Positions 32,173 to 42,466 of a stretch of DNA of 64,000 bases are shown one piece after another. The stretch lies in assembly GCA_012839925.1 (NCBI GenBank), contig DUMJ01000042.1, positions 31,441 to 95,440 on the forward strand. The letters are read 5' to 3'. The notes below the pieces were generated by a model, which worked only from the letters and a program-made list of their open reading frames with translations, was not told the origin of the DNA and searched no databases. The stretch comes from a bacterium. GTDB lineage: Bacteria; DUMJ01. The translations under genes were made by a program, and so were the position numbers. The stretch's first letter is position 1; each line of letters begins with the position of its first letter.

Positions 32173-32814
32173 TTGACTTCTACCTTACCACCCCCTTATC
32201 CTATAAGAAAAATCTTGAATAAGAAGGCGATAAACATGCTTAAACCACAACACTTTTTACAGCATTCATTATACCAGAAAAATCTTATTAGTTCACTCAA
32301 AAGCCTCTTACCCTTATATAGAGATAGGATTGAAGAATATTCTGAGCTTATAGATAAGCTCTTCTACTTTAACTTAGACCCTGCTTACAATATCCTATCC
32401 CCTCTCTACTCTAACACTGGCAGACCTGCTAAGTATCAAGCTGAAATACTTCGCTCCCTCGTCGCTATGACCCACCTTAAAATCCATAGCATCACTAACT
32501 GGGTTAAGAAACTCAGAACCGATAGAGTCCTCGCTATCATCTGTGGCTTTGACCCTGATGACATCCCAGGTGTCGGTACCTTCTATGACTTCCTGAGTAG
32601 AGTCTGTCCATCTGATGGCGAACCTGGCAAGATTAGGTCCCCTCATCAAAACCCTGGTAAGAACCTTAAAAAGGGTGAGAAACTTCCTCCTAAACATCCA
32701 AACGTCATTTCTCTGATCCTTCAGCCAGGTGGGGTTGGGATAGTTGAAAGATGCATGAAACGTATATTGATAGACTATGAACTAGAGAAAGCCAGAGTTT
32801 ACAGCAGGAAGTAG
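32173..32814 (+). pseudogene. Truncated IS4/IS5-family transposase (N-terminal InsH-like domain only)
   Basis: GRPAKYQAEILRSLVAMTHL...DRVLAIICGFDPDDIPGVGTFYDFLSRV matches transposase N-terminal domain pattern (GRPa...L...CGF..d.iPd.sT...FR); only 213 aa, no DDE domain, no ORF downstream. Confidence 0.5.
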
Positions 32815-33141
32815 TGGATATGGAGGATAGCTCTTATATGTATAAACATCCATCTAGACGCCTGGGTAGACTATACTAGACCTAACATAGTTGGGTACCT
32901 TACCAGTTGGGCTGAAGAAGCAGGTTAGACGTAAGTTAATTGAAAGCTTAGACGTAGAAAATAAGAGAGACTACAAAAAGGTCTCTTAGTAGCTAATTAT
33001 TATCTTTACTCCAATATTCACTTTTCAAGGTACGTACCCCTTATTTATAGGCTCTTATAGCCCGGGATAATTTAACTCTCACTTTAAATTTACCTATATT
33101 TTACCCCCCACATTTCTGTCAAGGGGTTTCCGAGAGACTAC

Positions 33142-33276
33142 TCTATGCTTATCTATCAAGGTGTGCTTGCCTTACTCTTCAAGCCTCAATACACCGTTAT
33201 AGGAATAATAATACTATAGATATCAAAATACTACAAGAACTTTCTGAATATTAATCGTTGGAAATGATTAGCCAGG
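33142..33276. repeat. Repeat copy B
   Basis: See copy A; ends 10 nt before start of 33286 ORF. Confidence 0.7.
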
Positions 33277-33285
33277 AAAAATCTT

Positions 33286-33681
33286 TTGAGATATAATATA
33301 GGGCATATGAAAAGAGCTTTGAGTTCAACATATTATATAGAGGATAATAAATATAGCTTTGGTTTACTGTTCCGATATATTTTGATACCTTTTCTTATTA
33401 TTCTATTTCTGGTAGAGCCGGTCTATGCAAATTCAAATATTAAGGGATTATTTACTGCTGTCCCCTGGGACAAGCAGCTTCACTTTACCTGGGGGTTTGT
33501 CTTGACAGTAACCCTCGTAGCTTTAACAGGCTCTTTTACTACAGGGATATTTACTGTTATCCTTCTTGGATTAACCAAAGAATATTTCATAGATGATTTC
33601 CCTGACATGGAAGATTTTATATATACCTTTTGCGGAACTCTTCTTGGATGTTTGATCACCAGCACATTGATACAGAGGTAG
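33286..33681 (+). CDS. Small membrane protein, VanZ-like (tentative)
   Basis: 131 aa, 3-4 TM helices, C-terminal ...KEYFIDDFPDMEDFIYTFCGTLLG resembling VanZ-family pattern. Confidence 0.35.
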   Translation: MRYNIGHMKRALSSTYYIEDNKYSFGLLFRYILIPFLIILFLVEPVYANSNIKGLFTAVPWDKQLHFTWGFVLTVTLVALTGSFTTGIFTVILLGLTKEYFIDDFPDMEDFIYTFCGTLLGCLITSTLIQR

Positions 33682-33727
33682 AGAAATTTACATGCTAGAA
33701 TATTGTCCTGGGACTTTTCATAAATCT

Positions 33728-33756
33728 TTGACTATCCTTATAGAAATTAGTATAAT
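33728..33756 (+). promoter_or_regulatory. Consensus sigma-70 promoter for metYXW (TTGACT-17-TATAAT)
   Basis: TTGACT 33728..33733, 17-nt spacer, TATAAT 33751..33756, 37 nt upstream of metY ATG. Confidence 0.6.
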
Positions 33757-33792
33757 TTCGTTACAAAATACTATAAGATTCAGGAGGTAATT

Positions 33793-35073
33793 ATGGAAAG
33801 AAAGTGGAGTTTTGAAACATTAGCTTTACATGGAGGACAGGAGGTCGATCCGTACACCTTGTCCAGATCGGTACCTATATACCAGACCACGTCTTATTTA
33901 TTCAAAGATGCCGAACACGCTGCAAGATTATTTGCAGTTGAAGAGGAAGGTTATACATACTCCAGGATGATGAATCCTACTGTTAATACATTCGAGAAAA
34001 GGGTTGCTCTACTTGAAGGTGGGGTTGGGGCATTAGCTACAGCTTCAGGTCAGGCGGCAGAACTTATCGCTATTTTAAATATAGCCAAGGAGGGGGATGA
34101 GATTGTCTCCAGTTTTAGCCTGTATGGAGGAACATATAATCTTTTTGCCTCTACATTTAAGAGATTAGGTATAACTGCTAAATTTGTAGACCCTTCTGAT
34201 CCTGAGAACTTTAGGAAAGTTCTTACTTCCAGGACAAAAGCTATTTACGCTGAGACGCTTGGAAATCCAAAGCTTGATACACTTGATATAGAAGCAGTTG
34301 CTGATATAGCTCATAATGCAGGGGTTCCTCTCATTATAGATAATACTATCCCTTCGCCGTATCTGGTGAGACCTGTAGAATATGGTGCCGATATAGTGAT
34401 TCATTCCGCCACAAAGTTTATTGGTGGACACGGGACATCAATTGGTGGAATAATTGTTGACAGTGGTAAATTTGACTGGAAGAATGGGAAATTCCCTGAG
34501 ATTGCGGAGCCAGACCCTACATATCACGGATTGAATTATATAGAAAAGTTTGGAGAGGCTGCGTATATTTCTAAGGCAAGGTTACAATTGATGAGAGACT
34601 TAGGGGCTTGCATGAGTCCATTCAACGCTTTTCTCTTCTTGCAGGGACTTGAGACATTACCGATAAGAATGGAAAGACACAGTCAGAATGCTATGGAAGT
34701 CGCTCAATTTCTGAAGAATCATCCTAAGGTCAGCTGGGTTAATTATCCTGGTCTTCCTGATAACCCATACTACAACACAGCTAAGAAATATTTCAATCGT
34801 AATCTCTTCGGTGCTATGATCGGGTTTGGAGTTAAAGGAGGCTTGGAGGCTGGCAAGAAGTTTGTAAATAATGTGAAATTATTGTCTCATCTTGCCAATA
34901 TAGGAGATGCCAAGTCTTTGGTAATTCATCCCGCTAGCACTACTCATGCCCAGCTCACTCCGGAGGAGCAGCTGGCAGCAGGAGTAACCCCTGACTTTAT
35001 AAGACTTTCCATCGGATTGGAAGGTATAGATGATATAATTTATGATATAGATCAGGCTTTGAGTAAGGCATAG
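33793..35073 (+). CDS. metY: O-acetylhomoserine sulfhydrylase (PLP-dependent)
   Basis: 426 aa; PLP-lysine context [12 protein letters not shown]; Cys/Met-metabolism PLP family. Confidence 0.85.
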   Translation: MERKWSFETLALHGGQEVDPYTLSRSVPIYQTTSYLFKDAEHAARLFAVEEEGYTYSRMMNPTVNTFEKRVALLEGGVGALATASGQAAELIAILNIAKEGDEIVSSFSLYGGTYNLFASTFKRLGITAKFVDPSDPENFRKVLTSRTKAIYAETLGNPKLDTLDIEAVADIAHNAGVPLIIDNTIPSPYLVRPVEYGADIVIHSATKFIGGHGTSIGGIIVDSGKFDWKNGKFPEIAEPDPTYHGLNYIEKFGEAAYISKARLQLMRDLGACMSPFNAFLFLQGLETLPIRMERHSQNAMEVAQFLKNHPKVSWVNYPGLPDNPYYNTAKKYFNRNLFGAMIGFGVKGGLEAGKKFVNNVKLLSHLANIGDAKSLVIHPASTTHAQLTPEEQLAAGVTPDFIRLSIGLEGIDDIIYDIDQALSKA

Positions 35074-35077
35074 AAGA

Positions 35078-36211
35078 ATGGAAGAGGTTTTTTATGTAGA
35101 GACACAGTACTATACCTTTGCACATCCACCAGACGAATTGGTACTGGAAAGTGGAGAAAAATTAGGACCGATAACACTGGCGTATGAAACCTATGGAGAA
35201 CTTGATAAAGGTAAAAAGAATGCCATACTTATACTGCATGCTCTTTCCGGGGATGCCCATGTAGCAGGGTACCATAAGGGTGATAGAAAGCCTGGCTGGT
35301 GGGACAATATGGTTGGTCCAGGTAAGGCTTTTGATACAAATAAATACTTTGTCATATGCTCCAATGTGATTGGTGGATGTAAGGGTTCGACAGGTCCATC
35401 TTCTATTAATCCAGCCACAGGTAAACCTTATGGGCTTGAATTCCCCGTGATAACAATAAAAGATATGGTTAATGCCCAAAAATATCTTATAGATTACCTC
35501 GGTATTGAGAAGATATTATGTATCGCCGGTGGTTCAATGGGTGGAATGCAGGTCCTTCAATGGACTGTAAGTTATCCCCAGCTGGTAAGGTCTGCCATAC
35601 CGATAGCAACAGCCAGCAAGAACAGAGCCATGCAGATTGCCTTCAATGAGGTTGGAAGGCAGGCTATAATGAGTGATCCAAACTGGAATAAGGGTGATTA
35701 CTATGGTAAGTCTCATCCTGATACAGGTTTGGCGATTGCCCGTATGGTTGGTCATATCACATATTTAAGTGAAGTTTCTATGGAGCAAAAGTTTGGCAGG
35801 AGATTACGTCAGAAAGAGAGGTATGGGTATGATTTCTCGGTAGATTTCGAGGTGGAAAGTTATTTACACCATCAGGGGTTGAGTTTCACACAGAGATTTG
35901 ATGCTAACAGCTATCTGTATATTACAAAGGCTATAGATTACTTTGACCTTGCAAATGGGTATGGTTCTCTCTTTGAGGCGTTCAGCAATTCTGGTGATAC
36001 AAAGTTTCTTGTAATATCTTTTACTTCAGACTGGCTCTATCCACCAGTTCAGTCCAAGGAGATAGTTCGTGCGCTGGAGGCAAATGGTATAGATGTTACT
36101 TATAGGGAGATAGAGTCAAATTACGGACATGACGCATTTTTACTTGAGGAAGATGAACAGACCCGTATAATAAGTAGCTTCCTTGAGCATGTTTATAGAG
36201 GGATAAGATGA
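35078..36211 (+). CDS. metX: Homoserine O-acetyltransferase
   Basis: 377 aa alpha/beta hydrolase with nucleophile elbow GGSMGGMQ; typical MetX N-terminus. Confidence 0.85.
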   Translation: MEEVFYVETQYYTFAHPPDELVLESGEKLGPITLAYETYGELDKGKKNAILILHALSGDAHVAGYHKGDRKPGWWDNMVGPGKAFDTNKYFVICSNVIGGCKGSTGPSSINPATGKPYGLEFPVITIKDMVNAQKYLIDYLGIEKILCIAGGSMGGMQVLQWTVSYPQLVRSAIPIATASKNRAMQIAFNEVGRQAIMSDPNWNKGDYYGKSHPDTGLAIARMVGHITYLSEVSMEQKFGRRLRQKERYGYDFSVDFEVESYLHHQGLSFTQRFDANSYLYITKAIDYFDLANGYGSLFEAFSNSGDTKFLVISFTSDWLYPPVQSKEIVRALEANGIDVTYREIESNYGHDAFLLEEDEQTRIISSFLEHVYRGIR

Positions 36212-36795
36212 GGAGAGACTACGAGATTATAGTGGGTCTTATAGATAAAAATGCCAGGGTTCTAGACCTGGGCTGTGGAAATGGTGAGCTGCTTGCTCTG
36301 TTAGAGAAGGAGAAGAATATAAGGGGGAAGGGGATAGAGATAAACGGGAAAAGGGTATCTGAAAGTATTTCAAGAGGGATATCTGTCTATCAGGGTGATA
36401 TGGAAGAAGTTCTGCCTGAGTATCCGGATAAATCGTATGACTACATTATAATAAGTCAGACACTTCAAGAGATTAGAAACCCTGAACTGGTAATAACTCA
36501 TTCACTGAGGGTATCCAGATTCGTTATCGTTAGCCTTCCAAACTTTGGATATTGGAGGATAAGACTATCTATCCTATTTAAAGGGCAGATCCCCTCTTCT
36601 ATAGGAGACTTTGTCTACACCTGGTATGAAACTCCGGACGTTCATCCCCTCAGTATAAGAGATTTTGAAGATTACTGTAAGATAAAAGGTATAAGAATAG
36701 TCAAGGCATATTATCTGGCTCACGACAGGATGATCAGTATATGCCCTAACCTCTTTGCCACCCTGGGGATATATATGCTGACTCAGTCTTCGTAG
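36208..36795 (+). CDS. metW: Methionine biosynthesis protein MetW
   Basis: 195 aa; SAM-MTase-like [11 protein letters not shown]; translationally coupled to metX as in metXW operons. Confidence 0.8.
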   Translation: MRRDYEIIVGLIDKNARVLDLGCGNGELLALLEKEKNIRGKGIEINGKRVSESISRGISVYQGDMEEVLPEYPDKSYDYIIISQTLQEIRNPELVITHSLRVSRFVIVSLPNFGYWRIRLSILFKGQIPSSIGDFVYTWYETPDVHPLSIRDFEDYCKIKGIRIVKAYYLAHDRMISICPNLFATLGIYMLTQSS

Positions 36796-37709
36796 AGTTC
36801 GGTAGATAGATATCTCTCACCTGTATCAGGTAGAATTACCACGATGAGTTTACCCTCGTTTTCTTCTCTCTTTGCTATCTGAATTCCTGCGTAAACTGCT
36901 GCTCCACTTGATATACCCGCCAATACTCCTTCCTCCTTAGCTAATCTTCTGGCGGTCTCTATCGCTGATTCATCACTTACTCTTATAACTTCATCTATGA
37001 TGTCTCTATTCAGAACCTCTGGGATGAATCCTGCACCAATGCCCTGAATCTTATGTTTCCCCGGTTTTCCTCCGGATAGTACCGGAGATTTTTCAGGTTC
37101 AACAGCTATAGCCCTGAACGATGGTTTTCTTGGCTTTATAACTTCTGCTATCCCTGTAATTGTCCCTCCACTTCCTACTCCGGCAACCACAATATCCACT
37201 TTGCCATCCGTATCTCTCCATATCTCTTCTGCAGTCGTTTTTCTGTGTATTTCAGGATTGGCTGGATTTTTGAATTGATATGGAATAAAATAGCTAGGAT
37301 TAGTACCGGCTAATCTCTCTGCCTCTTCTATAGCTCCTTCCATACCCTTTTCTCCAGGAGTAAGAATGATTTCTGCACCAAATGCCTTCAATAATTTTCT
37401 CCTCTCGATACTCATAGTGTCAGGCATTACCAGTATACATCTATACCCTTTTAATGCACATACCCATGCCAATGCTATCCCGGTATTTCCACTGGTGGGT
37501 TCTATTATTATTGAATCTTTATTTATCTTCCCCAATCTTTCTGCTTCTTCAATCATACTCACCCCTATTCTATCTTTTATGCTCCCAGCGGGGTTGAAGA
37601 ATTCCAATTTTGCCACCAGGCTAGCCCTTATATCTCCTCCAATTTTATTCAGCCTAACTAACGGGGTATTCCCTATGAGGTCTCTCATACTTTCAGCTAT
37701 TTTCATCAA
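36783..37709 (-). CDS. cysK: Cysteine synthase A (O-acetylserine sulfhydrylase)
   Basis: 308 aa; NTPLVRL, PLP lysine in [14 protein letters not shown] nucleotide-like loop. Confidence 0.85.
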   Translation of the reverse strand: MMKIAESMRDLIGNTPLVRLNKIGGDIRASLVAKLEFFNPAGSIKDRIGVSMIEEAERLGKINKDSIIIEPTSGNTGIALAWVCALKGYRCILVMPDTMSIERRKLLKAFGAEIILTPGEKGMEGAIEEAERLAGTNPSYFIPYQFKNPANPEIHRKTTAEEIWRDTDGKVDIVVAGVGSGGTITGIAEVIKPRKPSFRAIAVEPEKSPVLSGGKPGKHKIQGIGAGFIPEVLNRDIIDEVIRVSDESAIETARRLAKEEGVLAGISSGAAVYAGIQIAKREENEGKLIVVILPDTGERYLSTELYED

Positions 37710-37862
37710 AGATTCCTCCTCTGTCTTATGGAAATCTTATCGATTATATCATATTTATATCAATTTTACCTGAAAATACTTGATATATTTTCTACAATCT
37801 ATAAAATTATTATAATTACATAATTAAAACGGTAAGAATAAAATTTGGAGGTGTAAACTTTA

Positions 37863-39023
37863 ATGGAAGTACCTATTGGTAAAGGTAGATGGGCAACAAG
37901 GTCTTATGGTTTTGAAGAGATATCCATAGTACCAGGGGATATAACCGTTGACCCTGAACTGGTAGATGTTTCTCTGGAGATAGGTGATTTTAAATTTGAA
38001 ATTCCGATAATTGCAGCAGCTATGGATGGGATTGTAGACCCAAACTTTGCTGAAGTGATGGGAAAACTTGGAGGATTGGCGGTACTGAACCTTCAGGGAA
38101 TCCAGACCAGGTATGAAAATCCTAAAGAAGTACTGGAGGAAATCGTCTCTGCTCCTCCTGAAAAGGCTACTGAAATAATGCAGAAGATTTATAAGGAACC
38201 GGTAAGGGATGAGCTGGTATATAAAAGGATAAAGGAGATGAAAGACTCAGGGATTGTTACTGCCTGTTCTTCTATCCCCCAGGAAGCAGAGAGAATGGTA
38301 AAGATAGCTGTAGAGGCAGGAGTTGATATCTTTGTAGTCCAGTCTACGGTTATTACCGAGAGACATAAGGCTAAGAGTTATACCCCATTAAGTCTGGCAA
38401 AATTCACCAGAGAAACATCTGTTCCTGTTGTGGTTGGTAATGTTGTAAGCTTCAGTGCTGCCACGGAGTTGTTTGAGACAGGGATAAGCGGTATTCTGGT
38501 TGGAGTTGGTCCAGGTGGAGCCTGTACTACCAGGCAGGTCCTGGGGATAGGTGTGCCACAGGTAACTGCTATTGCAGATGTGGCTTACGCCAGGGATATC
38601 TTTTACCATAGAACCGGGAAATACATACCTGTGATAGGGGACGGAGGGATGAATACAGGTGGAGATATAGCTAAAGCTATTGCCTGCGGTGCAGATGGAG
38701 TAATGCTGGGGCAGGCACTGGCTCGAGCTGAAGAAGCCTTTGGTAGAGGCTATCACTGGGGTATGGCTATGAGTCACTCTGCTCTCCCGAGGGGAACAAG
38801 GGTACATACTGGGACAACAGGAACACTTAAGGAGATACTCTTTGGTCCGGCTAAAACGGATGATGGGACTCAGAATCTTGTTGGTGCATTGAAGAATTCT
38901 TTAGGGGTCTGTGGTGCTCTGAATCTCAAAGAGATGCATCAGGTAGAGATTGTTATAGCTCCTTCTATAAAGACTGAAGGTAAGATACTTCAACAGGCTC
39001 AAAAAGTGGGAATGGGAAAATAA
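37863..39023 (+). CDS. IMP dehydrogenase/GMP reductase family protein lacking CBS subdomain
   Basis: 386 aa; catalytic loop GVGPGGACTTRQVLGIGVPQ; no Bateman insert. Confidence 0.65.
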   Translation: MEVPIGKGRWATRSYGFEEISIVPGDITVDPELVDVSLEIGDFKFEIPIIAAAMDGIVDPNFAEVMGKLGGLAVLNLQGIQTRYENPKEVLEEIVSAPPEKATEIMQKIYKEPVRDELVYKRIKEMKDSGIVTACSSIPQEAERMVKIAVEAGVDIFVVQSTVITERHKAKSYTPLSLAKFTRETSVPVVVGNVVSFSAATELFETGISGILVGVGPGGACTTRQVLGIGVPQVTAIADVAYARDIFYHRTGKYIPVIGDGGMNTGGDIAKAIACGADGVMLGQALARAEEAFGRGYHWGMAMSHSALPRGTRVHTGTTGTLKEILFGPAKTDDGTQNLVGALKNSLGVCGALNLKEMHQVEIVIAPSIKTEGKILQQAQKVGMGK

Positions 39024-39132
39024 ATTATTTTAGAATACCAGTATTATATCCAGTAGCTTCTCCACTCTTTAATTTTTACGTGAAGTTACATCTCTTACTT
39101 TTATAATGCTCCTCTAAGAAGAAAAGGATATT

Positions 39133-39157
39133 CCCCTCTCCATCTCAGGGAGAGGGG
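39133..39157. repeat. GC-rich hairpin CCCCTCTCC-ATCTCAG-GGAGAGGGG (probable terminator; member of a repeated hairpin family)
   Basis: 9-bp G/C stem in AT-rich spacer after IMPDH-like gene; same stem sequence recurs at 52021..52047. Confidence 0.5.
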
Positions 39158-39206
39158 GTAATCTTAGTAAGGTTTTATTGATGTCTGACAATTTTGGGAA
39201 AAGCTA

Positions 39207-39250
39207 TTGACAAAAATCTTTAATACTTTATACTGTTAATATTAACAGTA
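39207..39250 (+). promoter_or_regulatory. Promoter (TTGACA-16-TATACT) overlapped by perfect 20-bp palindrome TACTGTTAATATTAACAGTA (candidate LacI-family operator)
   Basis: -35 39207..39212, -10 39229..39234; palindrome 39231..39250; a third half-site ATTAACAG at 39281..39288 just before the regulator ATG. Confidence 0.55.
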
Positions 39251-39291
39251 TTTAGCTGGAATAATTTAATTTGTGAGGATAACATTAACAG

Positions 39292-40326
39292 ATGGCTACT
39301 ATAAAGGATGTTGCTGAGAAAGCTGGAGTATCGGTAATGACCGTCTCCAGGGTGATAAATAATAATAAATATGTGAGCCAAGAGACAAGAGAAAAAGTAG
39401 AGCAGGCGATGGAAGAACTTGGTTATATTCCCAACGCTCTGGCTCATGGATTGATTACCAAGAAGACTCATGTACTAGGCTTGATAGTCTCCGATATTAC
39501 TAACCCTTTCTTTACAACGATAGCTAGAGGAGTAGAAGATACAGCTATTAAGAATGGATTTAACACTATACTTTGCAATTCAGATGAAGATGTAGAGAAG
39601 GAAGAGAGATATATAGAACTTTTGCTAAGAAAAAGAGTAGAGGGAATTATTCTTAGCCCTGCAGACTGTGATAAGAGGAGAAGAATAGAACAGATAATAT
39701 CCAGAAAGATCCCGCTGGTTCTTATAGATAGACGTATCAGTGGACTACAGATTGACCGTGTATATAGTGATAGTATAAATGGAGCTTATGAGTTAACAAA
39801 ATATCTAATAGATCTTGGGCATAGAAGAATAGGCATTATAATAGGACCAAGAAGGATATCTACAGCAGTAGATAGAGTGGAAGGATATAAAAGAGCTCTT
39901 CAGGAAGAGGGGATTTCAATGGAAGAAGAGCTGATAAGATGGGGAAAGAAATATAGTAGAGAAGATGGATATTTAAATGCAATAGAGTTATTAACTCTTG
40001 AGCACCCTCCTACTGCGATATTTGGAGGAAATAGACTGATAACGGTGGGTATACTTAGAGCTATTAGAGAGTTGAAGCTTAGAATTCCTGATGATATTTC
40101 TGTGGTTTCTTTTGATGAGGTGGAAGATATATCGGTAACAAATCCATTTCTTACTGTGATAAGCCAGAATTCGTATGTTATGGGAGTGGTAGCTACCGAA
40201 CAGCTTTTAGAAAGAATAAGGGGGAATAATAAATCTCCGGAAGACCTGCAGGAAATTGTATTACAGCCAAGATTAGTTATAAGAAAGTCCTGTGGGAGCC
40301 CAAAGGAGGAGGTGATGAAAGAATAG
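39292..40326 (+). CDS. LacI-family transcriptional regulator
   Basis: N-terminal HTH MATIKDVAEKAGVSVMTVSRVINN, periplasmic-binding-fold effector domain; 344 aa. Confidence 0.9.
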   Translation: MATIKDVAEKAGVSVMTVSRVINNNKYVSQETREKVEQAMEELGYIPNALAHGLITKKTHVLGLIVSDITNPFFTTIARGVEDTAIKNGFNTILCNSDEDVEKEERYIELLLRKRVEGIILSPADCDKRRRIEQIISRKIPLVLIDRRISGLQIDRVYSDSINGAYELTKYLIDLGHRRIGIIIGPRRISTAVDRVEGYKRALQEEGISMEEELIRWGKKYSREDGYLNAIELLTLEHPPTAIFGGNRLITVGILRAIRELKLRIPDDISVVSFDEVEDISVTNPFLTVISQNSYVMGVVATEQLLERIRGNNKSPEDLQEIVLQPRLVIRKSCGSPKEEVMKE

Positions 40327-40391
40327 GGCTAGATGGCTGTGGAGATAAAAGCAGATTATCGAAAATATTTTATTAGAGGAGGTATTAAAAG

Positions 40392-42386
40392 ATGGAGAAG
40401 TTTTTGAGGATTTTATTGTTAATATCATTGTCTTTGTTCCTAGTCTCTGAGCCAATATCTTTTGTGTATGCTCAGAAAGGATTGTCGATAGGACAGTATG
40501 AAATTAAAGAGTACGAGCAGTTAACAAGTAAAAAAATAACCACAATTAAAGAGGCACCAATGCTGTCAGAACTGGTAAAGCAGGGTAAACTTCCTCCAGT
40601 AAAGGAGAGACTTCCTGAAGAGCCATTAGTAGTGGAACCTTATGAAGAGACAGGACAATATGGCGGGACCTGGCATATATCCGAACCAATTAACTATAAT
40701 ATCTATCAACTTCGACATGAGTTGCTTTTAAGATTTGATGATCCAGCTGCCAGAGGAGAAAAAGGGCAACCTGTGATTCGCCCTAATCTAGCGGTGAATT
40801 GGCAGATTTCAAAGGATGCTAAGATTTATACAGTCCACCTTAGAAAAGGAGTAAAATGGTCGGATGGAGGACCGTTTACTGCGGATGACCTTATATTCTG
40901 GTACGAAGATGTACTTCTTAATAAGGATCTTACTCCTATTATACCAGAATGGTTTCGAACTAAAGATGCGGTAGGAAAGGTAGAAAAGATAGACCAGTAT
41001 ACCGTTAAATTTACTTTTCGTAATCCAAACCCTATCTTTTTAGAAACTCTATACTCTAATTCCAGTGAGCCAATAGTCAGTTATCCTAAACATTACTTGA
41101 AACAGTTCCATCCTAAATATACCTCAGCAGATGACCTTAATAAAGTATTGAAGTCAGAAGGATTTTCTGCATGGAATCAGCTGTTTTTACAGAAAGCAGA
41201 CTATAAGGTAAATCCTGACTTGCCTGTACTGGTCCCCTGGCAGCTTAAGACAAAGCCTGGTCAACCGGTTCAAATTATGGAGAGGAATCCTTATTACTTT
41301 AAAATAGATCCAGCTGGAAACCAATTACCCTATATAGATAGGATAGCACTTGAAATAGTTTCTGATGCAAATGTTGCTCTTATGAAAGCCTTGTCAGGCG
41401 CAACAGATTGGGGATGCCATTTTATTGGTGGACTAAATGATCTGCCAGTCTTAATAGAAGGCGCAGAAAAAGGAGGTTATGATGTAGCTATTAGATACAC
41501 GTTGGATGGTATAACGGCAGTAGCTCTGTTTATCAATCAAAATGTTAAGGATTCGCAGCTTCGTAAGCTCTTCCGTGATAAACGCTTTAGATTAGCCTTA
41601 TCTCTTGCGGTTGATAGAGATGCAATAAGTAAGATTCTTTATGCTGGACAGAGTGAGAAAAGACTTTTGGTGATGCCTGAAAGTTCTCCTTATTATTCTC
41701 CAGAACAACTTAAATCTGCATCAAAATATGTAGACTATGATCCCAAAAAAGCTAACCAATTGTTAGATCAGTTGGGTCTTACTAAAAGAGATAAAAATGG
41801 TATTAGACTCTTTCCGGATGGGACTCCGGTTGAGATACTGGTGGAATATCGTCATTCACCTGGTTCCTATCAGGGTGATACTCCGGAATTAATAGCTAAG
41901 TATTTAACTGATGTTGGAATTAAAGTAGCCTTGAAATATGAAAGCTCATCACTACTTTCCACAAGAACTGCTGCCAATGAACATCAAGTAGTAGCGATTA
42001 ACATAAGTGGACCCTGGCATTCTATACTAGGATATGGATTTCTTCCGAGTTCAAATCCTACAACTCTATACTGGGCTCCTCTATGGTATAGATGGTTTAT
42101 TTCTAACGGTAAAGAAGGAGAAGAGCCTCCTGCAGTCTTTAAGAAGCTTGTAACATTAGGGGATGGAATCTTAGGAGGACTTACTATTGAAGCTAGAAGA
42201 AAGATGGTTACAGAGATTCTTAGACTCCATAACGAGAACCTCTGGATAATACCTATAACCACTTACCCAGGTGAAGCTCATGTAATAAAGAAGAATTTCA
42301 GGAATACTCCCAGAAAAGTTACCGGTTTACAGAATTTTTATCACCGTCAACCTCTATATCCTGAGCAGTTCTTTATAAAGCAATAA
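40392..42386 (+). CDS. ABC transporter substrate-binding protein, family 5, secreted (paralog 2)
   Basis: 664 aa; signal peptide; shares N-terminal motif with the SBPs at 29964 (-) and 54245 (+). Confidence 0.8.
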   Translation: MEKFLRILLLISLSLFLVSEPISFVYAQKGLSIGQYEIKEYEQLTSKKITTIKEAPMLSELVKQGKLPPVKERLPEEPLVVEPYEETGQYGGTWHISEPINYNIYQLRHELLLRFDDPAARGEKGQPVIRPNLAVNWQISKDAKIYTVHLRKGVKWSDGGPFTADDLIFWYEDVLLNKDLTPIIPEWFRTKDAVGKVEKIDQYTVKFTFRNPNPIFLETLYSNSSEPIVSYPKHYLKQFHPKYTSADDLNKVLKSEGFSAWNQLFLQKADYKVNPDLPVLVPWQLKTKPGQPVQIMERNPYYFKIDPAGNQLPYIDRIALEIVSDANVALMKALSGATDWGCHFIGGLNDLPVLIEGAEKGGYDVAIRYTLDGITAVALFINQNVKDSQLRKLFRDKRFRLALSLAVDRDAISKILYAGQSEKRLLVMPESSPYYSPEQLKSASKYVDYDPKKANQLLDQLGLTKRDKNGIRLFPDGTPVEILVEYRHSPGSYQGDTPELIAKYLTDVGIKVALKYESSSLLSTRTAANEHQVVAINISGPWHSILGYGFLPSSNPTTLYWAPLWYRWFISNGKEGEEPPAVFKKLVTLGDGILGGLTIEARRKMVTEILRLHNENLWIIPITTYPGEAHVIKKNFRNTPRKVTGLQNFYHRQPLYPEQFFIKQ

Positions 42387-42395
42387 ATTTAATTT

Positions 42396-42437
42396 CCCCC
42401 AGACAATTCAAGACTAATAGCTAGATTGTCTGGGGGG
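42396..42437 (+). terminator. Hairpin CCCCAGACAAT-loop-ATTGTCTGGGG after SBP gene
   Basis: 11-bp stem, ~19-nt loop, followed by AT-rich tract; likely partial terminator/attenuator before dehydrogenase gene. Confidence 0.45.
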
Positions 42438-42466
42438 ATATTATTACTTGAAAGGAGTTGAAAATT

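Noticed and set aside
31959-33141. Searched for terminal inverted repeats of the IS remnant (CGGAAAC / GTAGTCTC words at 32087..32125 and 33121..33150)
   Set aside because: The shared words occur in inconsistent order and orientation. No convincing TIR pair could be defined by eye.
33682-33792. Possible SAM (S-box) riboswitch before metY
   Set aside because: The 5' UTR after the consensus promoter is only ~40 nt and lacks S-box conserved segments.
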